This document shows, one piece after another, positions 50,813-64,000 of a stretch of DNA of 64,000 nt. The notes under the pieces were generated by a model, which worked only from the letters and a program-made list of their open reading frames with translations, did no database searches and was not told the DNA's origin. Origin of the DNA: Paraphysomonas bandaiensis (lineage: Eukaryota; Protista; Chrysophyceae); contig CBFFRP010000039.1 in assembly GCA_965644295.1 (NCBI GenBank), positions 1 through 64,000 of the forward strand. The letters are read 5' to 3'. Numbering within the stretch: the first letter of the stretch is position 1; the number at the start of each line of letters is the position of its first letter. A program made the position numbers and the translations under genes.

Positions 50813-51957
50813 CAATAGATGACACTGCGTGATGTAGCCCTGAGGGAGATGGGGACAAGAGGAGTATGATATACTTCTATATATGTCTGTGTATATATTC
50901 TATAGGAGGTCCTGCCAGAGTCTGCCTGTTATATGCATGTATGTATAACCAAGCTATGACTGTACTACACTGTATATGGTGGAATACACCTCACTCTACC
51001 GCATGTTCCCTCCCAACAAGAGTTCCGTTGAACAGTATGAACCAATCACATCACAGCTACGCATAGTGTGATATTAACAAGCACTTCAACAATATCCATC
51101 TACAGAGTGTATTCTATATAATACAGCTACAGTATGCATCTCTTGTCACTGCTATTTTTGTATGATGGCAGCAAAATGCAGGAGGTGCATTGAATATGGA
51201 GTGGACACGATGTGGCCAACACCGAATTTTGAATTAAAACATTACGAGTATCTGAAAGAAGTCATACAGAACTTCTGTGAGATTATTGACGTGCCTGATC
51301 TGGCTATGATGTACTTTGTGAACGTCATAGTCAACAAGGCAGAGGACTAATAGTAGTATCCAGTAAGTAGTAAGTAGCATTTAAAAACTTCATACTTCAT
51401 GGAAGTAGACTAAAATAATAATATATTACACACTATTCTAGAATAGCAGCTTAACATGCACTGCCACGTATATGGTTCGCGGTAGCGGGTATTATCAAGT
51501 CGAAAAGAGTAACACGAGTACACATTATATGTTGTTACGGGTAATCCCTATATTCACCGTAGCAATAATAAAGATGTAGCTTTTTAGTTCTGTCCCCAGC
51601 AGAGCTCGTAAGTATTATGTATGGTAGAATACATGCAAACATACAAAAATTCGCTCATAGCTACGCCTGAGGAACGCACATAAGTGATAAAGCCTTATCT
51701 GGCTTATTACAATACAATACTTGCCATTAGAGATGACACACCATTAAAAGAAAACTTAATTCAACTAGACAGCGTAACCATGATGAATCAATGCAAACCC
51801 TTACTATGGCCAGAGTGAGATACAGCAACACTATGCATAACTCTCAAAGTATACTAGAATATCAGGATTATTTCCCGGAGTTGCTATTCACTGCAACATA
51901 TTAAAAATACTGATCTGTTTAACGCAACAGAACTATACAACAATAAATATATACATT

Positions 51958-52573
51958 TCAGAGTATTTTGAGTTCAGTATTCTTCTGTTTCTTCTGTTTC
52001 CGTTCTGCATTTTTACTCAGAGGCTCTTTATTCATATTTTTCAACATTTGACGAGCCATATGCTCACGTCTGGACAGTGTTCCTTTGTTATCGAGAAGTT
52101 GTTGTAATCCATAAAACCAGTTGCGAAAGTCCACTTTATTCGGAACAATGAAGTCGTATGTTCTATTTGAACAAACTAAGGAGAATGAATTTCCACATGC
52201 GAAGCATAATTTGTCCCGATGAGGTTGAAAGTTTTGGGTTTCCTGCCCGTGGACGAGTGACACCACCGACTTGAGATCAACTACACATAAGACCCACTAT
52301 AATATCAGTAATACAAATAATACCACGACTTTACCTTTTCTAATGAACAATAAATCGGATTCCCAGATAACGTAACGGTGGTCTTCACTCAATCGAATGA
52401 ATTTTTCACTGATGCTCCCATTACGACCTGCCTTCAACACAAGACATCCTGAATGATAATCGTTTAATCCAAGCATGTCACTGAGCGGCTAACTTACCCA
52501 CTTGTAAAGCAGATAATGATGAGCTTACTTGAAAAGAAAAGGACAGGTCAACTGCATCCACATCAACTGGCAT
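51958..52573 (-). CDS. Small PH-domain protein (PLC/Mcp5-type PH), 3 exons
   Basis: Spliced: GCLVLKAGRNG..EKFIRLSEDHRYVIWES..., GQETQNF, SFSLVCSNRTYDF, RNWFYGLQ. Confidence 0.75.
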
Positions 52574-53044
52574 GTTGACTGAGATGCAACGAACCCTCCA
52601 CAGAATTGACTCTTAGTTTAATATGGTATACACATAGAGTGCTTCAGTGTGTAGATGTGTCGTCATTCGGAGGGAATGAGGCCACATCATGGCGTGTGTA
52701 GCCTCGACTCCCATGGAATGGACATGTACACTTCGTATACGCACCGAGGGCACAACTCACTTACGATGACATACAGCACCAGCAGCAGTACTGTCGTACG
52801 ACAGTGTGCATATGTGCATACTACACATATACGAGTATACTCTTGAGGACGAAAACACAAATACCTGGGGTTTCTAACCAGTCAGGTGTGAGAAATCCTA
52901 GTTTTCTAACCTCAACGCACTGCTATAGCCCGATATTCATGGATATGTGTGTACTCTGTATGTGCGTGTGGATATGCATCTTATGGACGGGCAGATGCAT
53001 GATATGCATATGTATCTAACGGAGCATAAGCTCATCTATACAAC

Positions 53045-54358
53045 ATGTCACAGGACCGTGATTCTGTAGGAAAAGACATTGAACTGAATGCCTCTTTGTC
53101 TTCATCCCCCAGCAGCAGTGGCGCAGTGTCTGTGTCTCCCAGTAGTCTACACGGACCCATGTGGTTCATGCTCTCTATAGGCATACCCACACACACAGAC
53201 ACCCCCTCCCCCTCCCCCTCCTCTCTCTGTCGACTCACCACTATCATTGAATACACACAATGGCTGCTGTGTATATCGATGAGTGTGTATTTCGTCATAC
53301 ACTCTGTATTATCCTCGACTCTCGTGTGGTCTATCATGGGGGCACTCATATGGGTGCTTCACTCGTGCTGTCAATACAGTATAATGAAGCATTCCATGAT
53401 TAATGGCAATAATTTGATTGATATTATGTATGAACTGTCACAGCCAGCGAAATATTCTTGGAGGGATATGGAACCTGATAGTAATACGGATGCTAAACGT
53501 GCTGAATGCCAATCGCAGCTTATTCGAAGGGCGAATGCGTGGGCCTACACATGCATGTTTTTGTCTGTATTCAATACAACAGTGGCTGCAATGACGTATT
53601 CTAATAACTTTTTGTATCGACTGTTGCCGTTAACTAATCATGTTGTCTGGAATGTTTTTGGCATTTGTGCTTGGTATCTGTATTCCTTTGGGTGGTTCGC
53701 CCCGTTACTGTTTGTGTCAATGCCGGCATATTTTCTTACTCTACGTGTGAATCGCTTTGGTGATTATATCGAGCGTCAGCATGATGATATTGATGTTGGG
53801 AAAGCTATGGAGTGGTATGATGATTTATATGAAATGAATCGTACTTTGCAGAGGGCCATCGGACCTATGGCAACATGTACGCTGGCGACGTGTATTCCTT
53901 TACAGATTGTTGAGATGATGGTAAATATCTCCTCCGTATATGCAGTGACAGCACGATTAACAGTTTTCAGGGTTTCTTTCTACAAGAAGGATCTCCGACG
54001 GCTCTGTTTACTATTCTTGCCTGGTGCAGCGTAAACGCCAGTGTACTGTATATCGTCTCAAGCAGCCTAGCTGGACTGGAAGTTATAAATAAGAGGTGTG
54101 TATATATTCTAGTACTTATTGCTACTCACTTCCTGTCATAGAATTTTGATCTGTGTGGCTGGATTAAAGTCAGCTATACAGTTTAGAGATTGCCAAAAGT
54201 ATCAGCTGACCATTGCCAAAATGAAAGCCATTCCGTTTGGAGTCACTATTCATAAGACTCGAATATTCATTACTTTTGGTGGCATATTTAGTATTACTTC
54301 ATTTGTAATATCATTCTTTTTGTTTTTGATTGGGGCCAATCATTCTGCTACGTTATGA
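53045..54358 (+). CDS. Multi-pass membrane protein, gustatory-receptor-like/DUF3537-like (~405 aa, 3 exons)
   Basis: Exons 53045-53920, 53971-54095, 54142-54358; about 7 hydrophobic segments; long amphipathic loop YDDLYEMNRTLQRAIG; C-terminal PFGVTIHKTRIFITFGGIFSITSFVISFFLFL. Confidence 0.65.
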
Positions 54359-54962
54359 GTCCCCAATATGATTTTTGTCGGCACTGTTTTGGGTTTTGGA
54401 TTATGTGTCGTTATCAGTGCTTTAAAACTTAAATATGAATTTTTCAGCTGTGTATTGTGAAACGTTTTTGCTGCATTGCATATAGGTATGATCTATTCTC
54501 AATATGAAGAGTAAACTATGTGCGCAGGCCTTAAACTATTTGTCTATTCTCAGTGATATGCAGCTAGTCGGCGATGTAGATCTTCTCTATTCTCTATGAT
54601 ATATAGAGCTAGCTAATGAGCGGGCGCTTCCTGTCTACGCATGTATTCAGCAAAGATACGATATTATGATTTCTACGATATTCTCAAAGTTACTACAGTA
54701 TCAATAGTTTAAAAAGGTGTCGTTCTTATAATACTGCGAATCCTGCGGCAACATCAGAAGCGCAAAATCACATACATTTGACAGTGAAAAATTCCGTAGG
54801 AATCGAACTACAAGCCTACAACAGTCTATCATATATACTGAATTTCACTGATACAATAATACACTTCCATAAACCGCAACAAAAAATATGCATTCGTGGT
54901 AGTAATCACAGATCGTCATGTACGCTTTCAATAAATGAAACTCAAAACTACTTTGTGACAAC

Positions 54963-57900
54963 CTATCTCCATCCCGCTTCTTGTGGTGCGGGATTATGAA
55001 GTTTCGTTTTTTCAACTTCCCACACTATGACACACTTGTCGTTACCACCAGTAGTCACGATCATGCGGTCATCACACACAAAACGGACATTAGTCACATG
55101 AGAACTGTGTCCTGTGTATGATTTCCTGGGGGCGTTTTTGATAACACAAGGGTAATTTAATACATTTAATTGACCCGAATCATCAGCTGTGGCCACCTAC
55201 AACAGACGAGGTCAGAAGAACAGAAACAGAAGTATATGTCATGCACACCAGAGTTTTGTCTCGTGATACATGCAAGCTGTTAATATCGGTGCCGTCTGCG
55301 TACTGTGGCCAAATTCCCATAACCTGTGCCCGAAAATACTTAGTATTTATAATCACAGATCCAAACACAGTACTATAGATCTATATATTAACAAGAATAT
55401 AGGAGGGTGCATTTGTATGAGAAGTCTTACCGAGAACCCCAACACACAAGTATAGGTCTTCCAGCGCACATCAGATGGGTTCCAACCAGTAGTGTACGAA
55501 AACTGACGACCAGATTCAGGATCCCAATATCTATAGCACATTGAGATCCCACCGTTAATTCATAATTACGATTACAGGACAATAAATATACTTTACGAAC
55601 TCCAATATAGATAAAGTTCCGAACAATAGAGGCAGATAGGTACTTACAATAATTCATACGCGCCACATGTAGACTGGATAAGGCGGCCATCCAAACTCCA
55701 ATCTACGATGCACGCATAAAAACTTATTACAATACACCTCACTCGAAGGGTTTCCAACATGCTCTACCTAAATGAGTTACGTATGAGGAATGCCCTCGAA
55801 GTCTTTTAAGAGGTCTCAGAACAGCGCTCGCCGACTAGGGACATACTTGACAATTAGCGCATTGAACCAGCAAACACAGTGATCACTTACAGTAGTCTTG
55901 CTAGGTGGATTCAGTTCAACACTATACCTATAATTGTACGATTCGAATCAAATTCATAAAATTAATTTTAGCGTGTAACTTCCTCTCACATACTGCAAAA
56001 TGAGGTATTGTAGTACTTACACATCAATAAAATTATCATGAGAGCCAGCAGCCAGCATGTCTGAGGTAGGGTTGAATTTTATGTCTGCGATATCTTCTGA
56101 GCAGTCACATCGAGAAGCTAGAACCTATGAGACAAGTATCACGGATAATAACTATGCTAATATACAATAGGTTACACAGACCTCGGATATGCTACTAGCT
56201 GCGTGTGAGTCCCGTCCTTTTCCAGCGGATCCTTTATAATCTATGCGCGCACACGTTTCTCAAAAGGAGGAAAAAATACGCCCCAGCAATAATAACACAG
56301 CTACACAAGAATACACTCTCAAACTAAAACTACGTGTCAAGTCCTACCAAAGTAGTGAACTCCAACGTTGCCTCGAGCCATACCCACCGCAATAAATTTA
56401 TTGCTCTTATCAAAGTGGCAGCAGCGAGCGGCTGCCTGCACATACATACACAGACAGGACAAGGATAGGTTAGAAGTTCCCATTCAGCGCAAAGGATTTG
56501 TACTGCGCCAGTAAAGTGCAACTAACAACAGAGATAAGTATACTAGTTTCGGCACCTGCATGCGTGCTCTGCAGACAAGGGCCTTGCTCTTAAGGCACCA
56601 GATACACATCCATCTGTCATCTCCGCCTACGACAGTCAAGCGAATACACCATAACCAAATTATCGGTCAACAAATGCGAACAATACACTCACCTGTTGCG
56701 ACCAGTGTTCCCAGAGAACCAGTACCAGATAGAGCCCAAACAGCACCAATATGATAAGAAAACACCTGAACCCGATATATGGGTGAGCACGGCCATAGCC
56801 AAAGGAGAACGCGCAGCACACAAGCATATACATTTATATACACACCCTAGTGGCTGGGGTATCTACAGGAGAGTCAATGTGGACTCGCACACAGTGTCCA
56901 TTTGCCATCGCTACTATCAGCGTTTCACCAGAAGCACCTCCTCGTGCATCAGCGTAGAAGAAGGGCGAAAAGTCCATATCTAGTGCTAGTACCGAGTTGT
57001 TATTAGCCGCACTCACTTTAGCACCGTCGCTGTGACTTGTGGAAGGGCGATGCGAAGCGCTATCCTCACGAGTTCGTATACCAGCGCTGTAATTTCCCGC
57101 ACCTACGGGTGGGGCTTTCCGAATAGCCCGACTGGCTGATTTGGGTCTAGCTGGATTTATACCTGGATGAGGTGGCATTACAAAAAAATCCTAGATATAA
57201 TATACAAAACACCTCCTCTTCTGTTACCAGCCCCGCTATCAAGCACACTCCTTCTGTTAGTGGGTGTGCTTGGCCTGCCCCGCTGACGTGACAAAGGTGT
57301 AGGCGGTGCAGAAATATCTTGAGACGCAGTCGAAAACTCTCCCATCATCCGAAGAAGAGCATCAAACACCTTGACAGACCCTTCCATACATCCACAGAAG
57401 ATAGTTTCCCCGACGACCTGTATAACAATGTAGCAACAACTCCAGATTAAGATTCGTAAACAATTAAGGTAAACAGAAGAAACAAGATACAGTTTGTTTC
57501 CTATATCAACAGGAAAAGCATACGCGGCACCAGGTACAAAATAAAAGCACTGACCTTAATTGCGCGGATGTCCCCCCGAGATGCTTTAATGGTTTGAATG
57601 CACACACAATTATCCCATAAGTATAGATAGCCGTTGTTACCACCCGTGACAACATTGTATGTGTTACCCCGCTCAATCGGCGTGTCACCTGCCACTTTCT
57701 GTATATAGGCTGAGCAGTGATACACCTGTGCATGTCCAACAGTGCTCTTGTTGGCATCTTTCGATCTTCCGGTGGCCGCACCAACAGCACCCCCACGAGC
57801 TGTCTGTTACATATATATCAACAAAACAAGTTGTGGTCACTCCACTACATCACACACATTTGAGCCGAGTACTCAAAACGTACCATTTTCGTGGCCTTAG

Positions 57901-60319
57901 TTTTAGATGTACGAGGAATCTGTCCCATCCTTGCAGCTCGACAGACCAGTGATCCTCCTAATCCATTTTTGTCTGGTCGTTGGAATGCCCAGAAGGACAA
58001 ATGACCAGCAGCGCCTATCAGCAGACAGTGAAACACAAACATTAAAAAATACAATAATATTGCATGACAACAAATAATCGTGACAACAAATAATATTTCA
58101 GTATGTAATATACTTTTCATAGCACAATCATACACTGAACTTCAGTGAAACATAGCAAATGGAATTTATCCTTGAGAAATAGAGTTCCCAATAATAATAG
58201 TCATCACATGTAGCATCCAAACATGTACCTGATGTGACAAACACGTCCGTCTGGCCGTGAATCTGCCTGTTTATATGACTGGCCAGCTGTGGTTCAGGCG
58301 CCCACGTCAACGACCTTACATTCGGGAATACACCCTTCGAACACGTACTCTGACAAATTAATCTGTCAGTATTTACGTCCCAGATTCCGATGGAGTGATT
58401 TTCATCGCAGCCAATCGCGCACACATACCGAGCGTCGTAACTAAAACATGCGGCACAGACTGCGAACGAGAAAAACCCTGCCCCCACTCGTTTTACGAAC
58501 TTTGCAGTTCGAATTTCCCACACATATAGTGCAGGATCCTTGCCTAGTCACAAGCAATTAAACTTAAGTAACCTGCTTTACATGCTGCATTTTGAAACAA
58601 CAGCTTATAATATAGCTATACGCGGGTATGGATAGCAGGAAATAAGTGATAAGTACTGACATTGCTATCCATAGAATAGTGTGTGTAACCTACTGCATTG
58701 AATAACTAACCTAACTGTCCAGTCAAAGCATATGTGCCACTTCTGTCAATATTGATGCAAGTCAGCTCATCTGAATGCTTATCGAAAAATATTTGTGTGT
58801 TCGAAGACAGGTCATGTACCACGCCCATGGATGATGCCGCATATACGAGAACTCGCTGACGATCACCACGGCCAATTGGGGGCAAGCAGTGTATCCCCTG
58901 ACCGGAATAAAGATCTGCAAGACGAAGGCCGAACACATATGAGCGATTCACCTTACACGCCGGAGGGCATGCAGAGGCCTGCAGGTCTTCCACCGTGAAT
59001 GTTGTGGGGGTCAGGTAGGTCGTACGACTTTTGCTGCATATATATTTGTCTTTGACAGTCAACGTCGTACTTTCATTCGGAAGGTTGTTGCCATCTCCAG
59101 ATTTGTCTTTCACAGGTCCATGTCCAACATGACCCGGACGGTGATAGACCTGTCGCTGTACATTCGCTCGAGTGTGGTTACTGGAGCTACCAAATAGCAA
59201 CTCCACAAAAGCATTAGGGTCTGCAAGATTGGGTTCCTAAGACATTTTATTAGTGTAAGATACTATCGACGATATATCGTAGTAAATGAATAATCAATAT
59301 CAAAGTTGTAGTTACTGGTATATACTAACCTCTTCATCGCAGCACAGGCTGAATAGATACTGGAACACTTCCATGCGAACGTTGGGCAGTCCCGGAAGAG
59401 GATACGACTTCAGCACACTGCGACGACATCTATCATAATCTACGCACACAAATTCTATACATACATTCATACACATACGAATATATATTATATGTTGCAA
59501 ACGCTACAATGCGTCAGCTACACTGTGAACACACAGTAATATAATTACATGCCTGCAGAATGACTTGAGGTTTACTCTTCCGCTTCGTGCAGTAGCGTGT
59601 GAGGATTTTTCAAATGCCCGTAGAATAAGTGCCTTACCAACATTTTCAGACAGCTTGTTCGCGTGAACTAGAAGTCGATTAGCAACTCTCTCTTCCCGCC
59701 TTAAGAGCAAGGCTTCACGAAGTAGGTAGGATTTTAAATTCTGTAAAAACACTTTCACACGAGACTCGATGTCTCCGCCGTCGTCTGGGTTGAATGCAGA
59801 TGATAGTTCAGAATCATATTCGCTACACACATCACTACGTTCATAAGGTTCACTTTCTTCGCTCGGCGCATATGCCTCCGAAGCTCTTGCAGGTGGTGGT
59901 GCAGCATGAGGGTTACTGTAATGAGTCTTACGACCGTACATGGGCCGGGTATAAACAGGCTCTGGGTCAGAATCTGGAACACTCTTACGGTCTCTACGCT
60001 TACTGGAAGTCTTCGATTTGTCGTCTCGAGGAACTGCATTTCGATTGATAAGAAATCCGTAAAACTCTTCAAAACTTATGAATCCGTCTCCATTTATGTC
60101 ATAGTTACGAATAAGTTCTTCGATTTGTTGTCTTTTGACTCCGACTAAATGCTTTTCAAAGGCATGAATGAGTTCATTCAAACTAAGAAGACCATTTCCA
60201 TCCGTGTCGTAGAGAGAGAAGGCCCTCTTCATGTCTCGTTCAGTCAATTGAAACTTTTGTGTTAGTTTCTCAATAAATAAACTCTCAAGTTCATAACTGC
60301 TCAGTGAGGCCGCAGACAT
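54963..60319 (-). CDS. EF-hand + EML (echinoderm MAP-like) WD40 protein (multi-exon)
   Basis: EF loops DTDGNGLLSLNE and DINGDGFISFEE; HELP-like SYVFGLR, QIFFDKHSDELTC, AAGSHDNFID, GIWPQYADGTDINS, YTGHSSHVTNVRF. Confidence 0.9.
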
Positions 60320-60454
60320 GACGAGATCAGATGGGCTTCAGTCAATTACAATACAGCGTAAGTGTTTCTTTCTCGTCTATACAGTCAGCTCCAACATCCA
60401 TAAACAGATCGGAGTTACAAGCAACAAATTTAAACTCAAACTACAGACAAACGT

Positions 60455-60572
60455 ACCGTACATTCCCATACACAACATACATACACATACATCTCATACA
60501 GGGATATACGTACATTCCCATACACAACATACACATGTACATCTCATACAGGGATATACGTACATTCCCAAT
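60455..60572. repeat. Imperfect ~50-bp tandem repeat upstream of the EML gene
   Basis: TACATCTCATACAGGGATATACGTACATTCCCA occurs twice and GTACATTCCCA three times. Confidence 0.75.
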
Positions 60573-61861
60573 ACATAACAGACTACGACGTACTCATATA
60601 CAGTATACATATTCATAGAGTTTCCTAAAATGCTAATTTTCAGTATATTAGGGCTCAAAATCCTATTTTTAGGCCACGATATCCGGATATCTGGATATGG
60701 GTTGCATTCTGTGCAATTTCGTGTATCATCCTGATGGGCTGTTGCAGTCACGCTTCAGAGAAGACACTGTTAAAGCATTCTGCACTGACAATGACAGTCA
60801 GTGACGCATGTCACACAATGTAGGGTGGATAAGTGAGTATGTGTCAACGCTACTATCCGCCTGTGTGTCCTGTTTACAAGTCATGTGATTCGAGCATGCA
60901 ACACATCAGGTATAACTCCAATCTTTTGTCTTTAAGAAATGAGTCCAAATGATGAACAGTTTGAATGCTACATTAATTGTGCAAACGGGATAATCGCTTG
61001 TTGTATAATACCACAATGTCTAGGTTTCTGTTAATATCTCTTTTCATAGAGGTGTTCGACTTGCCTAGAATACCCAGAACCCTATGACCTCACGTCAAAT
61101 CAGTCATAGCTTAATAGTTCGGAGAATGATTTTAATGATAATGAGGGTATAGTAACTTACGGAGGGAATCATAGATACCACTACGTTGCACAAACGTAAA
61201 TGTTTGTGAAGGCTGTTTGCAGCTACTTGGTTTATTTGGTCCATGTACAAAATACTTTCTTTTGGCGGTTAGTGCGTGGCAAGAGCAGTGGCTAAAAACA
61301 CGGCGGATAGCTAGACAGTTCTTGTTCTCAGTTATAGAGCTAGTACTAACGTACCAACCGTACAATATTTTTTTATACCATCGTGTTACTGATTTCGTAA
61401 ATAAGCATGTGGTGATATATCACAGATATGAAGTAACCTGAATTTTACACACAACATCAGGCACTCGTTTTTCAAAAGGAAAAAACCCTCACTATGCAAC
61501 ACGCAGCTGTGATGGAAGCTATGTACTAAGAAGTCTAAATGGGCACAGAAGGTGGTGTCCCATGCATCGATAAATGCCTATACATAGTGTGTATAGTTAC
61601 TACGATTACACATTATAGAATGATTGATACAAGAATACTTGCTCTACACTTATCGTATGCTAACATGCGTGACACTGTGTGTGAAAACAAAGTGCTTTCA
61701 CGACCTTATATATCTACTTTGATATGCTGTACTATGATACTACGATTATATTCATGTGCATCTTCACAGTGTACCACAAAAAACTGATATACCCACAAAT
61801 ATACAATTCCCAAAAGGCATACGATGATATTTTATATGAAACGCAGCTGGAGATGCAGAAT

Positions 61862-62903
61862 TCAGTATCCAACCTGGTGTAGCTGCTGTGAAGCCGAGGG
61901 GGGGTTCCACACGCCTGGCTGATTACCATGCATCTCCAGGCACCTCATGAAGTGCAGAACAACATGTAAAAGTCCATACTCATCTTGAGTAGGCTTGTTA
62001 GGTGGACCACGCAGATAGAGCTGCCAGGAACGCATACACTGTTTAGCATAGGTCGCGTCCGCCACTTTGATTTGGCGGTATAGGTCTGAAAACATAGGAA
62101 ACTCTATACAGAGAAAACATAACATATGAGAGAGCTACGAGCACGTATAGTCGTGAAAAGGGTACCTCGCATGAGCAATCGCATTTCGGCCTCCTCTGGA
62201 TCACACTCTTCCACTATATTGAGCATTTCTACCACCACCTCACCAGCACACCGCTCCAGGCCTTGTAGAGCATCACGAACAAAATTGCGATCAGCGTAAA
62301 TCTCAGAGTTCTCTCTCTTGGCAGCCAATACCGAAGCTTTCTTCAGTCCTGCCTTGATGGCCTAAAGCAAATGCCATGAGTAATATATGGACACTGCATG
62401 CTTTATATACTTACAACATTGTCAATATCCCTTAAATCCTTATCTGAAAATGGAAGTCGGCTTTCTGGGTCAGTAAAATCTCCAGAGCAAAGAAGGTAGT
62501 CAACTAGAGACTCAACATTGAACTGGGCGCAGGAACCATTTGGCCTCTGAAACGTGTAGATGTGTTTCCCAAGCGGCTCGCGCATAATAGGATCGAAGCT
62601 CTCTTTATCCTTATGTGATTTTCGAGCTTTCTTCTTACGGTGAACACAGTCAACATCCGCCTTTTCAACCTCAGCATCATTATGAGATTGTTTGGCTTTA
62701 GATCCTCTGGATTCAGCGCGCTGAAGGCGTTCGATATCGAACTGTTCCTGTAATCTGCGGTATAGGGCGCCCTTAGAGAGGGACTTGTAGTCAGGAATCG
62801 AAGCCTGTCTAGCTAATCTGTTGAATATAATGAGTTTACGTGTGATACGTCTGGTGTCATACCTGTGAAGGGTTTGAAGGGAAGGGCTCGATCTAGTCTG
62901 CAT
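61862..62903 (-). CDS. Conserved-looking hypothetical protein with U-box-like motif (3 exons)
   Basis: FDPIMREPL...FNVESLVDYL..GDFTDPESRLPFS; exons join in frame via GT-AG introns. Confidence 0.65.
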
Positions 62904-63672
62904 TATGAGGGCTGATACAGATCAAAAACAGATGACGATGAAGTGAAAACACGTCAGATTAAAGTAACTAACAGTTGGTAAGAAAGTATACACCGGGGAG
63001 AAGTATTAGGTAGGCTAGTGTGTAGTTATTCCCAGGGATAGGTGTGTTCCCAGTGACTAGGAATAGAAGACCTTCTACATGTACATGTACAGCATATATC
63101 ATATGATACACCACACCTACTATACCTCTACGCACCTACCATATACAATATACGCACACAGACACATATGCACCTTCTCTGTCAGTCGATTGTACACTCT
63201 GAAACATCTTCCTCGTTCTGCATGGAACACCTTCATATATCACTCTCACCAGGTACCAAAACCCCTGATTTTTATACCTATTTCTTCTGATATTTGGAAT
63301 AAAAACTGAAAATATATGTTTTTAACATATGACTGTGTATAACTGCTGTAGTCTTTCACAGCAGTCCATATGAAAAGAATAGACTCCGAATGTACACTGA
63401 TTGTACAGCAGCATGATGGATGTTTTTCTGTCGACTCTTATAGCATGAATAAGTGGGGATTTATATAAATATCTCAATAAATTAAGATTAGAGCTATAAA
63501 AAGTCCGAAAATAGGGTTTATGCATAAAGCCTTCATGACCTCCATACATACAACAGAGCGTCCAATGCATGCACACAGATGCATTCATTGCAACAATTGG
63601 ACTGGAATACCTTTGCAAGAAGCTATAACTGTAACTCTGAATGAAATCAACATCTATCTGACCTGTCTGTGA

Positions 63673-64000
63673 ATGTCGTTTCCTACTCTCGAGTCATGTA
63701 TGTCAATAGATCCATCAGCAGCAGATGAGAGGCTGGCTGACTATGTATGTTATTGCTGTTGGTTTGCTCATGGTGCATATGGTCACTTCATGTTCGATGA
63801 GCTGTTCGCTGTGTTAGATACAATGGGACTTGCACTCACAGGATGTATTCAAGTTGATTCACGGGATGTGTCCACTCCATACTGTTTCGTCTATTTGCCG
63901 AACGACAGAACTGCAAGTGATGTCTGTCGTCAGTGTTTCACTATGAAAAAAATTATGCGTCATTGGTGTACACTTGATGGATTAGATACCTGGATACAGG
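63673..64000 (+). CDS. 5' part of probable TRM11-like tRNA methyltransferase (runs off window; absent from ORF track)
   Basis: Open frame MSFPTLE...YCCWFAHGAYGHFMFDELFAVL...STPYCFVYLPNDRTASDVCRQCFTMKKIMRHWC resembles the Trm11 N-terminus. Confidence 0.45.
   Translation, partial: MSFPTLESCMSIDPSAADERLADYVCYCCWFAHGAYGHFMFDELFAVLDTMGLALTGCIQVDSRDVSTPYCFVYLPNDRTASDVCRQCFTMKKIMRHWCTLDGLDTWIQ

Noticed and set aside
51162-51350. 62-aa protein-like ORF
   Set aside because: Too short and has no recognisable motif.

Overview
Gene-dense eukaryotic nuclear DNA with short (~45-120 nt) spliceosomal introns and the standard code. It is probably from a flagellated protist; a stramenopile is plausible, but that is inference only. 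Recognisable genes: WW-domain/cyclin-Y-like protein, mitochondrial MnSOD (GC-AG intron), tubulin deglutamylase CCP5/AGBL5, a DUF3128/Emi1-like small protein, an ~11-kb PHD/TFIIS-M/SPOC-like gene ending in a 276-bp tandem array of WG motifs, an intronless divergent pair (4xDUF5710-DEDDh exonuclease and a GAK-type CofD/YvcK-like protein), a 5xWW coiled-coil protein, an SLC17 MFS transporter, a solitary 5S rRNA gene, a two-domain SAM methyltransferase, a MAP3K-like kinase with a RanBP2-type finger, a PH protein, a gustatory-receptor-like membrane protein, an EF-hand/EML WD40 protein and a probable TRM11-like 5' end. Degenerate retroelement remnants (Copia RNase H, LINE 3' end) lie in intergenic DNA. 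The best candidate for a novel system is the PHD-TFIIS-M-SPOC protein with an 18-WG putative Argonaute-hook tail, which may couple small RNAs to Pol II/chromatin. All domain calls are motif recognition by eye; no searches were run.
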